Translations under genes and position numbers: made by a program
Notes under the pieces: model-generated
Databases searched by the model: none
What the model was told of the DNA's origin: nothing
Seen by the model: only the letters and a program-made list of their open reading frames with translations
DNA from: Antedon mediterranea
Lineage: Eukaryota > Animalia > Echinodermata
Length of the DNA stretch: 64,000 bases
Assembly: GCF_964355755.1 (NCBI RefSeq)
Contig: NC_092678.1
Coordinates: forward strand, 21,221,365-21,285,364
Reading direction: 5' to 3'
Shown: in pieces, positions 52,450-64,000 of the stretch
How positions within the stretch are numbered: the first letter of the stretch is position 1
Layout of the letters: each line of letters opens with the position of its first letter

Positions 52450-53202
52450 TTTAACCAACATTCTGCAATTTCAGAGTTGGCCGATTAATATCCGGACCAA
52501 CCTGTCTATCAGAGATATGTGCAGAACTTGGATTCTGGACTTAGAGGATGTTGTAGCAGAGGAAACAAGACCTACTACTGGAAGACAGTTTGTATTTTTG
52601 GACATGGAAAGACAATCAAGTAAGTTTACTACTAACCAAAATTCTTAAATTTTAGAATTGGCCGATTAATATCTGAATCAACCTGTCTATCAGATGTGTG
52701 TGCAGAACTTGGATACTGGAATAGAGGATGGAGTAGCAGAAGAAACAAGACCTACTACTGGAAGACAGTTTGTATTTTTGGACATGGGAGGTCAATGACG
52801 CAAGTTTACTACTAACTGAAATTCTGGAATTTCAGAGTTGGCCGATTAATATCTGAACCAACCTGTCTTTCAGAGATGTGTGCAGAACTTGGATACTGGA
52901 CATAGCGGATGGAGTAGCAGAAGAAACAAGACCTACTACTGGAAGACAGTTTGTATTTTTGGACATTGAAGGTCAATCACGTAAGTTTACTACTAACCAA
53001 AATTCTTAAATTTTTGAGTTGGCCGATTATTATCTGAACCAACCTGTCTACCAGAGATGTGTGCAGAACTTGGATACTGGACATAGAGGATGAAGTAGCA
53101 GAAGAAACAAGACCTGCTACTGGACGACAGTTTGTATTTTTTGGACATGGAAGGTCAATCACGTAAGTTACTACTAACCAACATTCTGCAATTTCAGAGT
53201 TG
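52450..53202 (+). repeat. ~180-bp tandem repeat, 4 copies
   Basis: TTGGCCGATT...GTGCAGAACTTGGAT...GAAACAAGACCTACTACTGGAAGACAGTTTGTATTTTTGGACAT recurs about every 180 bp. Confidence 0.92.
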
Positions 53203-53509
53203 ATTGCATACACTGCTGCTGATTACAGAGCACATTGCATTGGAATAGGCCTACAACCGAGTATAAGTAAGTATATATCTGTAAGGTAAGTTATAGGTGG
53301 TATAATATATTTATAGGTAGTGTGACCAATAATGTTGCATCTTTTAACTTTGTTTCTAAATTCTATATTTCCCATTTTAACCTCTACTTCTCTCCAGTCC
53401 TCTATTGTCCTTCAATTATTTAACTCTGATATAGTTTTCTTACTGCTTTAGGTTTCCATGTCAAACAGTCACTCCAAATTTCCATTGCTGGAGAATCCAC
53501 CCCTGACTT

Positions 53510-56500
53510 GTCTCTAATCCATTCTTAAAATCTTAACTTGCTCACTTATTTTTAGTGTCAATTACTAAATTTGTATTTTTCATTTCATTCATTGCCTTGC
53601 ATCCATTCAACTTTATGTTATGCAAAATATTTTCCCTATCTTTCACCCCTTCTGAAATAAAATTGCTGTTAATATCACATCATTTACCCATGTCTGCCTC
53701 TAATTCATTCTCAACATTGCTCACTTATTATTCTTATTGTCAATTACGTAACTCTTATTGACCACCTATGTAACTCTTATTGACCACCTACGTAACTCTT
53801 ATTGACCACCTACGTAACTCTTATTGACCACCTACGTAACTCTTATTTACCACCTACGTAACTCTTATTGACCACCTACGTAACTCTTATTCACCACCTA
53901 CGTAACTCTTATTCACCACCTACGTAACTCTTATTCACCACCTACGTAACTCTTATTCACCACCTACGTAACTCTTATTCACCACCTACGTAACTCTTAT
54001 TCACCACCTACGTAACTCTTATTGACCACCTACGTAACTCTTATTGACCACCTACGTAACTCTTATTGACCACCTACGTAACTCTTATTGACCACCTACG
54101 TAACTCTCCTACGTAACTCTTATTGACCACCTACGTAACTCTCCTACGTAACTCTTATTGACCACCTACGTAACTCTTATTGACCACCTCATTAACTCTT
54201 ATTGACCACCTACGTAACTCTTATTGACCACCTCATTAACTCTTATTGACCACCTCATTAACTTCTTTGCCTCGCATCCATTTACTTGCTCTTTGATATT
54301 ATGCAAACATTTTGATTATCACATCGTTACTCTTTTACTTTACATCTTTAACTTGCTCACTTATTAGTCTTAGTTGGAATTACTGTACTTTTATTTTTCA
54401 TTTCCTTGCATGCTTCAGATCTATTTAACCTTTGCTCTATAAGTTGTGTAAAATATTTTCCCCATCATACTTCCTTCTTCCATCCCTTCTGAAATATAAT
54501 TGGTGATTACATAATTTACCCATATGTGTCTCTAATCCATTCTTTACTTGCTCACTTATTATTCTTAGTGTCAATTACTCAACTTTTATAAGTCATTGCC
54601 TCCATGCCTCGCATCCATTCAACTTACTCTATTATGTTGTGCAAATTATTTTCTCCACCACACTCTACCCCTTCTGTGATTAAAACGTCCGTTTTTTAGC
54701 ATCTAAATTTATTCTTGGTGTCATGCTGTTTTGTCAATTTCCATTGTTGGACAAATGCCCTATCCTTTTTTAGGTTTCAATGTCAATTCTATTATTGCAA
54801 TCACTCCCACTACACCTTTCAATCATGCATGAATTTCATTATCTGCACCATCTTCTTCATTTAGTTCATCAGTTTTCCATGTCATTCCTGTTATAGCCTA
54901 CAATCCTCCATGCTTAAAATAGTCTTAATGTCAACTAACTACTTAACTTGTTTTGTTCATTCTATTTATTCCATGCTTCACATCAATACAACTTCCTCCA
55001 TCTATTATATTGTGCAAAATCATTGCCTTCCCTGTCTCGCATCCATTCCACCTTTGCTCTGTTATAATTTGCAAAATATTTTCCCCATCACACTTCCTCC
55101 CCTTCTAAAATCTAATTGTCGTGACTATCACAGTTTACCCATGTCTGTCATCATAACTTTTGTTATAACTATTTGTCTTGGTATCAATTACTCAACTTTT
55201 ATTTTTCATTGCCTTCCATGCTTCACATCAATTCAACAAGGTTGGACAAAATATTTTCCCCACTTATACTTCCACCCCTTCTGAAACCTATTGCTGTAAT
55301 TATAACATCATTTACCCAAGTCTGTCTCTAATTCATTCCTAAATTCTTAACTTGCTCACTAGTGTTAATTACATAACTTTTATTTTTAATTGGCTTCCTT
55401 GTCTTGCATCCATTCAACTTCATGTTGTGCAAACCACTTTTTCCACCATACTTCCACCCTTCTGAAATGTAATTAGATTATTTACCCATGTCTATCTCTA
55501 ATCCATTCTTAACATCTTAATCCATTCTTAACATCTTAATCCGTTTTTAACATCTTAGTCCAAGCTTAATCTATTCTTAACATCTTAATCCAAGCTTAAT
55601 CCATTTTTAACATCGTCTTAGTCCAAGCTTAATCCATTCTTAACATCTTAGTCCAAGCTTAATCCATTCTTAACATCTTAATCTTGCTCACTTATTATTC
55701 TTAGTGTCAATTACTACATTTTCATTGCCTTCATGCTTCACATCCATTCAACTTATGTTTTACAAAATATTTCCCCACCATACTGTACTTCCACCCCTTC
55801 TGATATATAATTTAGGTTACCATGTCAATGCTGATGTAATAACTATTGACTTCCATTATTGCAAATGCTCTATCCTCTCACATCAATGCTGTTTGCAATC
55901 ACGGACACCTTTCAATCATGCAAATGCTATAGCAAATTCCATCATCCATACCATCTTCTTCACTTAGTTCATCCCACTTCCTTCTCATCAGTTTCCATGT
56001 CATTCCTGTTATGCAATCACTACCAAACCTCCATTCTTAAGACTAGCTCACTTAGTTTTAAATGTCAACTACTTAACTATTATTTGTACACTCCATTTAT
56101 TCCATGCTTCACATCAATTCAACTTCTTCTATCTATTACATTATGCAAAATATTTGCTTTTATTTTTCATTGTCTTCCATGCCTCGCATGCTCTATCATG
56201 TTGTGTAAACTCATCATACTTCCACCCTTTCTGCCAGCTACTGGCTGTGATTATAACATCAGTAATTTTATATAATTATTAACTTGCCCACTTATTATTC
56301 TTAGTTTCAATTACTTTGCTTTTATTTTTCATTGCCTGTCCCTTCGCGTTCATATTTTCCCCATCATATACTTCCACCCGTTCTAAAATATAATTGTTGT
56401 GATTTTCACAGTTTACTCGTGTATGTTTTCATAACTTGCTCACTTATTTGTCTTGGTATCAATTACTCAACTTTTATTTTTCATTGCCTTCCCTGTCTAG

Positions 56501-57410
56501 TATACATTCAACTTTTGCTCTATTATAATTGTGCAAATATTTTCCCCATCATACTTCCACGGCCCCTTCTGAAATCTAATTGCTGTGATTATTACATAAT
56601 TTATCTGTTTTATAACATATTGACTTGTTTATTTATTAGTCTCAGTGTCAATTAGATTTATTTTTCATTGCCTTCTCTCTCTTGCATCCATAATTTTCCC
56701 ACCATAATTCAACCCTTCTGAAATCTAAACTGGATTTAATCTAATCTGGTGTGATTATCACATCATTTAACATGTCTCTGTCTAATCCATTCCTAACTAT
56801 TATTTTTCATTTGCTTTCCATTCTTTTATATTGTGCAAAATATTTTCCCACCATACTTCACCCCTTCTGTAGAATCTAATTGTGATTATAATATCATTTA
56901 CCCATGTCTGTCTGTAACCCCATCCCTAACATTTTAACCTGCTCACAATTAGGCTTGTGTCAATTACTTCACTTTTATACCGCATCCATTCAATTTTCTT
57001 TTTATATTGTGCAAAATATTTACCCCACCATACTTCACCCCTTCTGAAATCTAATTGTTGTGATTATGTGATTTACACATGTCTGTCTGTAACCCATCCA
57101 TAACTTGCTTACAATAATAGTCTATCAATTACTTAACTTTTACCTCATATCCATTCAACTTTTGCTCTTTATATTGTGCAAAATATTTTCCCCACCATAC
57201 TTCACCCTTTCTGATATCTAATGGCTGTGACTATCACATCGTTTACCCATGTCTGTCTCTAATCCATTCCTAAAATCACTTAACTTTTACCTCATATCCA
57301 TTCCACTTTTGCTTTTCATATTGTGAAAAATATTCACCCTTCTTATAACATCATTTTAATACCCATATCTGTCTCTTAACATCGTAACTTGCTCACTTAG
57401 TCTTAAGCAA
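53510..57410 (+). repeat. Degenerate C/T-rich tandem repeat, ~150-190-bp period
   Basis: Recurrent CATTGCCTTCC / CATCCATTCAACTT / TGTGCAAAATATTTTCCC / ACCCCTTCTGAAAT / TTTACCCATGTCTGTC / AACTTGCTCACTTA blocks; nested shorter arrays at 53746-54262 and 55497-55683. Confidence 0.85.
53746..54262 (+). repeat. 22-bp minisatellite (ACGTAACTCTTATTGACCACCT), about 23 copies
   Basis: Direct tandem array with blocks of G/C variants. Confidence 0.96.
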
Positions 57411-57868
57411 CTTGGTCAATTAATTATAATGCATTGCAATTTATATAATTTATATGTATTTCATGATAAATGCATTTTTTTAAATAAAATATAATACTGT
57501 ATATGTTTCCTTATATATTTTTGATGAATGTATTTTGTTTTATATGTTTTTTCCACCTTCGAGGAGCATCATTACACATGCTACCTGCCCTAGGTGTCCT
57601 CGCTGTGATCATCAACCTTGACGTGGTAGCGAGGCTTGTGTGTTTCCAACTTGGAAGCCGGACTAATGATGATCATCTAAATTATACAAATTGTTTGTTA
57701 CACAAATTGTTGCTATTGGTTAAGCAACCAGAATTATTTTGATATTTAAACAAGGTAACCAAATATAACCTTATGATTGAAGAGAGATATTTAACTCATA
57801 AAATCGTCTGGAGTATAAACTAAAATTTTGAAGTTTTATTAGTTAGTTATTTTATATTTATCTACTGT

Positions 57869-58001
57869 AGCTCTGTCCACACTATCAAACTAGTTTGACA
57901 AAATAAGGTGTGTTGTACCCAAATACGGTAGTGATATGCTCAAATTTGACAGTGATATAACATTATCATGTCACATAAAGTTTGATAGTGTAGACAGAGC
58001 T
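57869..58001. mobile_element. Family-A MITE
   Basis: AGCTCTGTCCACACTATCAAACT...AGTTTGATAGTGTAGACAGAGCT. Confidence 0.82.
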
Positions 58002-59743
58002 TAATTATTGTTTTGTTGTTTTATATAGATTTGTGATTGATAAACAGAATGCTCATTTCAAGGATGAATACCAAACCCATTTAGGCATCTTTCTAGTGAC
58101 GGTTCATACATGTAGTGTACATTGCTCATCATCTCCCTCTTTACTGTGCAGAATCACGTTTGAGTATTGGTGACAGCTGAGTTGGTTATATTTATACAGG
58201 TTTTTAATTTTAGGTCATCATCACAAATACAATTCTTGAATCCCTCTAGTCATGGCTTTTAGGAGTAGTATGTTCCAAAGACAGATTACGTCTTGAAAGA
58301 ACTTTTACTTATACCTTGTACCCTTTTGTTCCTATTTACAAATTGGTCAAAACATTTATAGTTTTCTGTTTTCTTTATTAAATCATTCACTGCAAATGCT
58401 GAATAACTTAAAATATAAAATAAAAATCATTTTAAATAAACATTCCATCACCAAAACATATTTACAACATTATGATTTTTTCAATACTTAAAAAATAAAC
58501 TTTATTTTTATCAAAATTAAATATATTCAGGAAGAATCATTTAATGAGTACAGAGAACAAAAATGAATGGAAGGTATTTTTTTGTTGGCGACCACCAATT
58601 GGAATATTGTAATAGAAAATGTTATAGTATTCATGATTTTAAATAAAAAAACAATCAAACTTGCAGCGATGTCTACCATGAAAACATGATATATGACATA
58701 CAGTAATCATGCTTTGAAAACTTAAATTTTAAACTAAAAACACCTACTTCAATATAAATAAACACACATTGATTTGTTCTTAAACATTGAGGTAATTATA
58801 ATTAAGGCACTGTTATTCACTTTATGCACTAGTGTTATGTTATGTTTCATTTAGGCTTAGTTTTGTACCCGTATGATTTTAAGGGCCAATTATATCTAAC
58901 TTTGGTGGGTAGGTCACTTACTTACCTGGGTAAATAACTAAGCCTAAAATATAAACATAACTGTTAAATTATATACAAAAAGAAATTTAAAATGTATGAA
59001 GATTATGGAAACTCTTGTACTGAACTATTAAGTTTAAGAAGGTGTTTGAATAGTTCATGAGTATTGGAAGCATTAAACCTTTTTCACATGAAAAAACCAA
59101 TATGGATCCTCCCTGTGATAATCTGAAAATATAATGTAATATTTTAAAAATTTATTTTAAATAATTAACAAAAAACCATTTATTTAACCCTGTAAATTAT
59201 ATAAAATGAAATGCACTAATAATTAGCTATATTTTAATCAAGTTAGGATATCTTCATATTTCTTAGTAGTTTCAGAATCCTTATACCTTCATATAAAATA
59301 TACCAATAATAGTTTGCCGTGCACACCCTAGTAAGAAAATAAACAAATGTTTTTAATACAAAATATATAATACCTAATGCAAGACAGCAACAATTTAAAT
59401 ATTTTAATTTAGTAGCAGCATAAAACAAAACTGTAATTCTTGACATCTCAAACTACATCTATAATCCATACATAATTATACAATAAACCAATTAAGTAAA
59501 ACCAATAGTTCTTTCATTTCAAAATTTATTTAGAATTTTTAGAATATATTTGGCATTATTTCCAGTGGTTTTTTTTTAAATTATATAAAAGTGTTTAAAA
59601 ACTTCTTGACCATGTAAAATGTATTTGGTATGTTTTTTTTTTCCTGGTATAAATCAGATTTCACAGGTTTCTCTTTTTCCTTGAATACGTTTTTAGTTAA
59701 TTTATTTGGTATGTATAATTCTAGAGATAAAATCTAAAGCCTT

Positions 59744-62700
59744 TTATCTCCCTTTTCTACTACTTTCACACAACTTCCTCCTGTCTTCCTCATCCATGAC
59801 CCCGTTCCCTACCCCGTTCCCAATCATTCCGTCTTGTCTTGTTATCTCATTTTGATTGCGTTCAATTTTCCCATTGCTCTGTGCCGTATTTAGACTTTTC
59901 TGTACTGTTGGGGGTAAGTACTTGGAGATTTGGTAGTAAGTTTCCAGCATCCTGTTTCGGCACGTTTCTAAAAGCGTTTCAAGATTTTCTTCCGTCATTC
60001 CCTTGGTTTCTATTGGTTCCAAAATTCTTGCCGTGATATTCACTGTAAAAATAACCATTTTTATAAATTGAAAATTTTTATTTAGAAAATAGTGTTCCCT
60101 TTGTTTTTATCAGTTCCAAAATTCTCGCTATACTATTCACTGTAAATTGACAATTGATTGATAGAAAATATACTGTTTTTTGTTTGTTTTATATTGATAC
60201 TGGGCGACCTCCAGTTGGTGATCAGTGGCTGTGATGTACTAATACACCGGGGTAACCCCCTACTCGTCTCGAAAGATGTACTAGGTTCTTTAAAGTGCAC
60301 ACGAGCTAGATGTGTACACTGTACCTACGGTTTATAGTCCTTATCCGAGAAGACTCGTTCTACCACCAGAACCATGGAGTGAGTGAGCCTCGAACCCCTG
60401 CCGATGTTATGGCTACGTAATTACGGTTTCACTGTCTTAACCGCTCGGCCACTCAACTTACTGAATTGAACTGTAATATTCAATTACAATTTTGTATGAA
60501 TTTGATTTGAATAAATCTTGATCAAACAACGCGTGTCAATATGGTGCTTTGTTTGCATATCAACTGATTAGCTGTAGTCTGTGTTTGCTAACTGTTGGAA
60601 AAGCATCATTTTGAGTACACAACTTTTGATCTGCAGGTGATGTCCACAAATATATTTTATATTGTAAACCAATTATTTATAATATAGCATGCGACTATGT
60701 TTGTCTTCCAATCTACTTACCTTTATCAAACTTGCGTAGTTGAGTATTGTACTGATGTTTGTAGTACGAAAAAACAACTGGTACAATTGGAACCTAAAAA
60801 TAAAAAGGAAATCTTTAAATTAAGACTAGAATAATCTTTTTAATTTGATAGTTATTTGCATGTATCTATGCTAGAAATCTGACTAATAATTATTGTTTTA
60901 TAAACGGCATATAAAATTCTCATAGGTACCGGGACACAAACTTATTGACATTTATTATTCAGTATTATACAGTATCCCTTCTTTTGGACACCCCTATAAG
61001 GGGTCACCCATATCAAGGGGACAATTTGTTGGGTCCTGAAGGTGTACCCTCAATAGGGGGTCTACTGTACACTCTAACAATGTTGAAATTACAGATAAGA
61101 CAAATTTAATGTGTTACTGAAACACGATACCTGAGCTTGAATGGCCATATGGAATGCCCCTTTCTTGAATGGTAACATATCAATCTGGTTGTTACCAGAT
61201 CTCGTTCCCTCTGGGTACATCCATATCTTGACCTGCCAAAAAAAATATATATATATGGCCCTGGTTAATTTAGGGTGGCTTTTCCAGTTGATTTCGATCA
61301 CAAAAGTCGTTAAGCTCCTGTCTACACTATCAAACTGGTTTTGACAAAAATAATGTGATATGGTAGTGACAATGACATCATCACATAATGTTTGATAGTG
61401 TAGACAGAGCTTTATGTTATCCTAATTGACTTGGATGATTGTTTTTGCGGTTATGGGGATATGACGCTATAAAAATCTACATTATTAACGCCCTTTTCTT
61501 CCATCTGTACTGCACTGTTTATTTATTGTGTTATAATTGCCAATAGTATCAATTATACATACATATCGTTCAACTGCACATGCTCATAATACATTTATGA
61601 CTGAGCATGTGTAGAATCAATTATTTTTTAATCAACAGCTGCACAACATGTCATGAAAATAATTGTATGTACAATGCAAGCAAATATAACTTATAAATTT
61701 ATTCTCTATATTAAGGCACTATATACAGTACAAACACTACAAAAAACTATATATTAAATGCATATTATTAATCAAAATTCTGTAAAAGAATTGTTTAGCA
61801 ATAAATAAGATTAACAAGAAAGTTTGTAACAAAATTTTACATAATAAAAACATAATACTAGAAACAAAAATATTTTTAAATATTGTAAAATTTGCTATTT
61901 TAAAGCAAAGAAAAAAATGAAAGTTTAAAAGTTTGTAATCTTGAGAAATTGAGCAGCAAGTATAATGAATTAGCGGTGATATCATACACGACCTATGACC
62001 TTGACACATTGCAGTATGATGGTGGTACATGTATTTTTATCCATACAGAAGAATATTAATGCTGGAAAGACAATACTACCCACAAAAACATTACGGTACT
62101 TTGTCTATTTAGGTTTGAAAAGCGCACATAAACAAATTGAATTGTAAAGGGATCAAAACAAAAATAAAAACCAAAGCAATCATTAGATTTAAGCATTTTA
62201 ATAAACTTACTTTTCAGGTATTCTTCTTCAATGTGAATAATCTGTCATAAATGATTATATTTTATTTATGTTATATTAATTATTGGGTACAGTATGCTGT
62301 TTTTTAACATTGCTTTCATCAACTTGATAGCTGTCAAATCAAAGAGATTTTACCATCTAACTAATATGTACTGTATAGTTAGGATTTTATTGCAGGACCA
62401 CTCCACCTACTGTACTGGTACCAAGACAGATATTCAGAAAATATGGAGTTAATAGTTAATAATTATAATATTTTAATAATTATAATATTTTAATAATATA
62501 ATTTTATGTAACATACTTCATTCTCACTTCTGAGGATGGTTACAGTATATTGATCAAAAAGTCTAGAAACAGTTGTTTTCAGGTGTTGTACCGCAAACTT
62601 TATATCAATATTAAACATACTTACATTATGATATTTCATTAAGTTAACACATTTATCAACATTCTTTTTCGCCTCAACTGGGTCACGTCGTCGCTTTACA

Positions 62701-63373
62701 AACACTGCTCCGGCGAGCATACTAGCTATTCCAAACGTGAAAGCGTACTGTAGAGATTTTTTAGCGACGATTGTACATCTGGATGGCCAGAACGCAACAG
62801 AAGCTGAAAAAGCATGACAGTTTAATTATTAGATTAGATATTTAATGGGTCATACATCCTACTACAGAGCCAAGAAGTAAAAAAAAAACAGGTGGTGGTG
62901 TTTTCTTCAGGTTAACAGTGCAGATAAGGAGTGCCTATGTGAGGAGGAATCCACTTTTCGTTCGGAAAATGAATAAATAAAACAATTATGACCGCTTTTT
63001 TGTTACATTTAATATACAACAGTTATCTTTGTAATCTGCAAGAAAATGTGGAAAACTGGAAGCACGATGTTAGGGCAGAGGCGCATCTAAAATACGGGAG
63101 TCTCCTGGCCTAAATGACTCGGTGTGTACAGTAAAATTAAAGAAACATAAAACTATCTTTTAATAAAGCAACCAGATAAAATTCTTTTAATTATGCACAA
63201 TTTAAAAATATAAAAATACAAGTGCTGGTATACCTGCAATATCCATAGTATCTTGATGGTTACTAACGACAATGCATGCTTTATCTGTCTCAAGTATCTC
63301 TCCATTCTCAACTTTAACGTTAATTCCAAACAGCCAATGCGTGTTGAAAAAATCTACAAAAATCCTCCAAAAC
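59744..63373 (-). CDS. 1-acyl-sn-glycerol-3-phosphate acyltransferase (AGPAT1/2-like, PlsC family), 3' part; first coding exon(s) lie beyond the window
   Basis: Exons 63373-63234 ([13 protein letters not shown], catalytic HxxxxD), 62803-62625 ([13 protein letters not shown]...LAGAVFVKR), 61232-61131 ([10 protein letters not shown]...[16 protein letters not shown]), 60793-60721 (VPIVPVVFS) and 60042-59744 ([11 protein letters not shown]...stop). All GT-AG with consistent phases. Confidence 0.94.
60195..60454 (-). mobile_element. tRNA-derived SINE with Deu/Nin-like central domain
   Basis: Minus strand: A-box GTGGCCGAGCGGTTAAG, B-box GGGGTTCGAGGCTC, then TCTCGGATAAGGACTATAAACCGTAGGT...CTTTAAAGAACC...CTTTCGAGACGAGTAGGGGGTTACCCCGGTG, resembling the conserved Deu domain of DeuSINE/AmnSINE1. 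Confidence 0.8.
60970..61067. mobile_element. Tc1/pogo-like MITE (family B), short complete copy
   Basis: TA|CAGTATCCC...GGGGGTCTACTG|TA; TA duplication and CAGT termini are typical of Tc1/mariner-pogo MITEs. Confidence 0.72.
61313..61411. mobile_element. Family-A MITE with perfect TTA TSD
   Basis: TTA|AGCTCCTGTCTACACTATCAAAC...GTTTGATAGTGTAGACAGAGCT|TTA. Confidence 0.82.
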
Positions 63374-63760
63374 CTGTAGTAAAAAACAATAAACAAAATA
63401 ATGACGCATTGAATTTACATTTGATTTGGAAGAAGTGTAATCTGGGTTTGGGAGAGCTCGTTACATAATATTGTCAAATTTGTGTATTCATTTTCATAGT
63501 GTTTGATGTTCCATATTATAATAATAGACTCCGTTTAACAAATGGTTTAGTATTTCTTACAAAATTATTAAATAACATTACATGAATTATTTTTTTGTTT
63601 ATTTCAATTACAAAAAAAAATAGAAATGATTCTAAACGTTATTATTATTGTACACATACATATAATTTTATTCAGGTTAAAATTATCAGACCGTTAGGAT
63701 AGAGTGCTCAATACCAAGGTAGAGCATAAATAAATAAATAAAATAACAGCAGAAAACTTT

Positions 63761-64000
63761 GTTACTTCATTGTTTACATATATTTTTATATTTATTAAAA
63801 CTTGGTTACTTCATTGTTTACATATCTTTTTATATTTATTAAAACTTGGTTACTTCATTGTTTACATATATTTTTATATTTATTAAAACTTGGTTACTTC
63901 ATTGTTTACATATATTTTTATATTTATTAAAACTTGGTTACTTCATTGTTTACATATATTTTTATATTTATTAAAACTTGGTTACTTCATTGTTTACATA
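63761..64000 (+). repeat. 44-bp AT-rich minisatellite running off the window end
   Basis: Unit GTTACTTCATTGTTTACATATATTTTTATATTTATTAAAACTTG, at least 5 copies. Confidence 0.95.

Noticed and set aside
54910-56655. Cys/Leu-rich ORFs of 87-138 aa
   Set aside because: They lie in the degenerate C/T-rich tandem repeat and show no recognisable domain or splice-consistent structure.

Overview
AT-rich, intron-containing eukaryotic DNA, probably a marine invertebrate (a deuterostome such as an echinoderm is an inference). Exons were spliced by hand. The window holds: (1) the last 11 coding exons of a TruD-family pseudouridine synthase, PUS7 (+, 4067-17462). (2) A 242-aa ankyrin-repeat/SOCS-box (ASB-family) gene (-, 19883-26044); the ORF track misses its SOCS-box reading frame. 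(3) Two secreted C1q-domain genes nested antisense in the ASB last intron, one single-domain and one double-domain. (4) A spliced, frameshifted, internally deleted transposase-like pseudogene, probably Academ-type (-, 28486-31299). (5) A ~26-kb block (~31.7-57.7 kb) built almost entirely of layered tandem repeats, with 20-, 34- and 38-bp units sharing one core, interleaved modules, a 3.5-kb higher-order duplication and repeated splice signals, bracketed by related terminus-like motifs. (6) The last five exons of a 1-acylglycerol-3-phosphate acyltransferase (AGPAT1/2-like; -, 59744-63373). Introns carry two MITE families, tRNA-derived SINEs including one with a Deu/Nin-like domain, and minisatellites. 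No CRISPR array, rRNA or intact tRNA was found.
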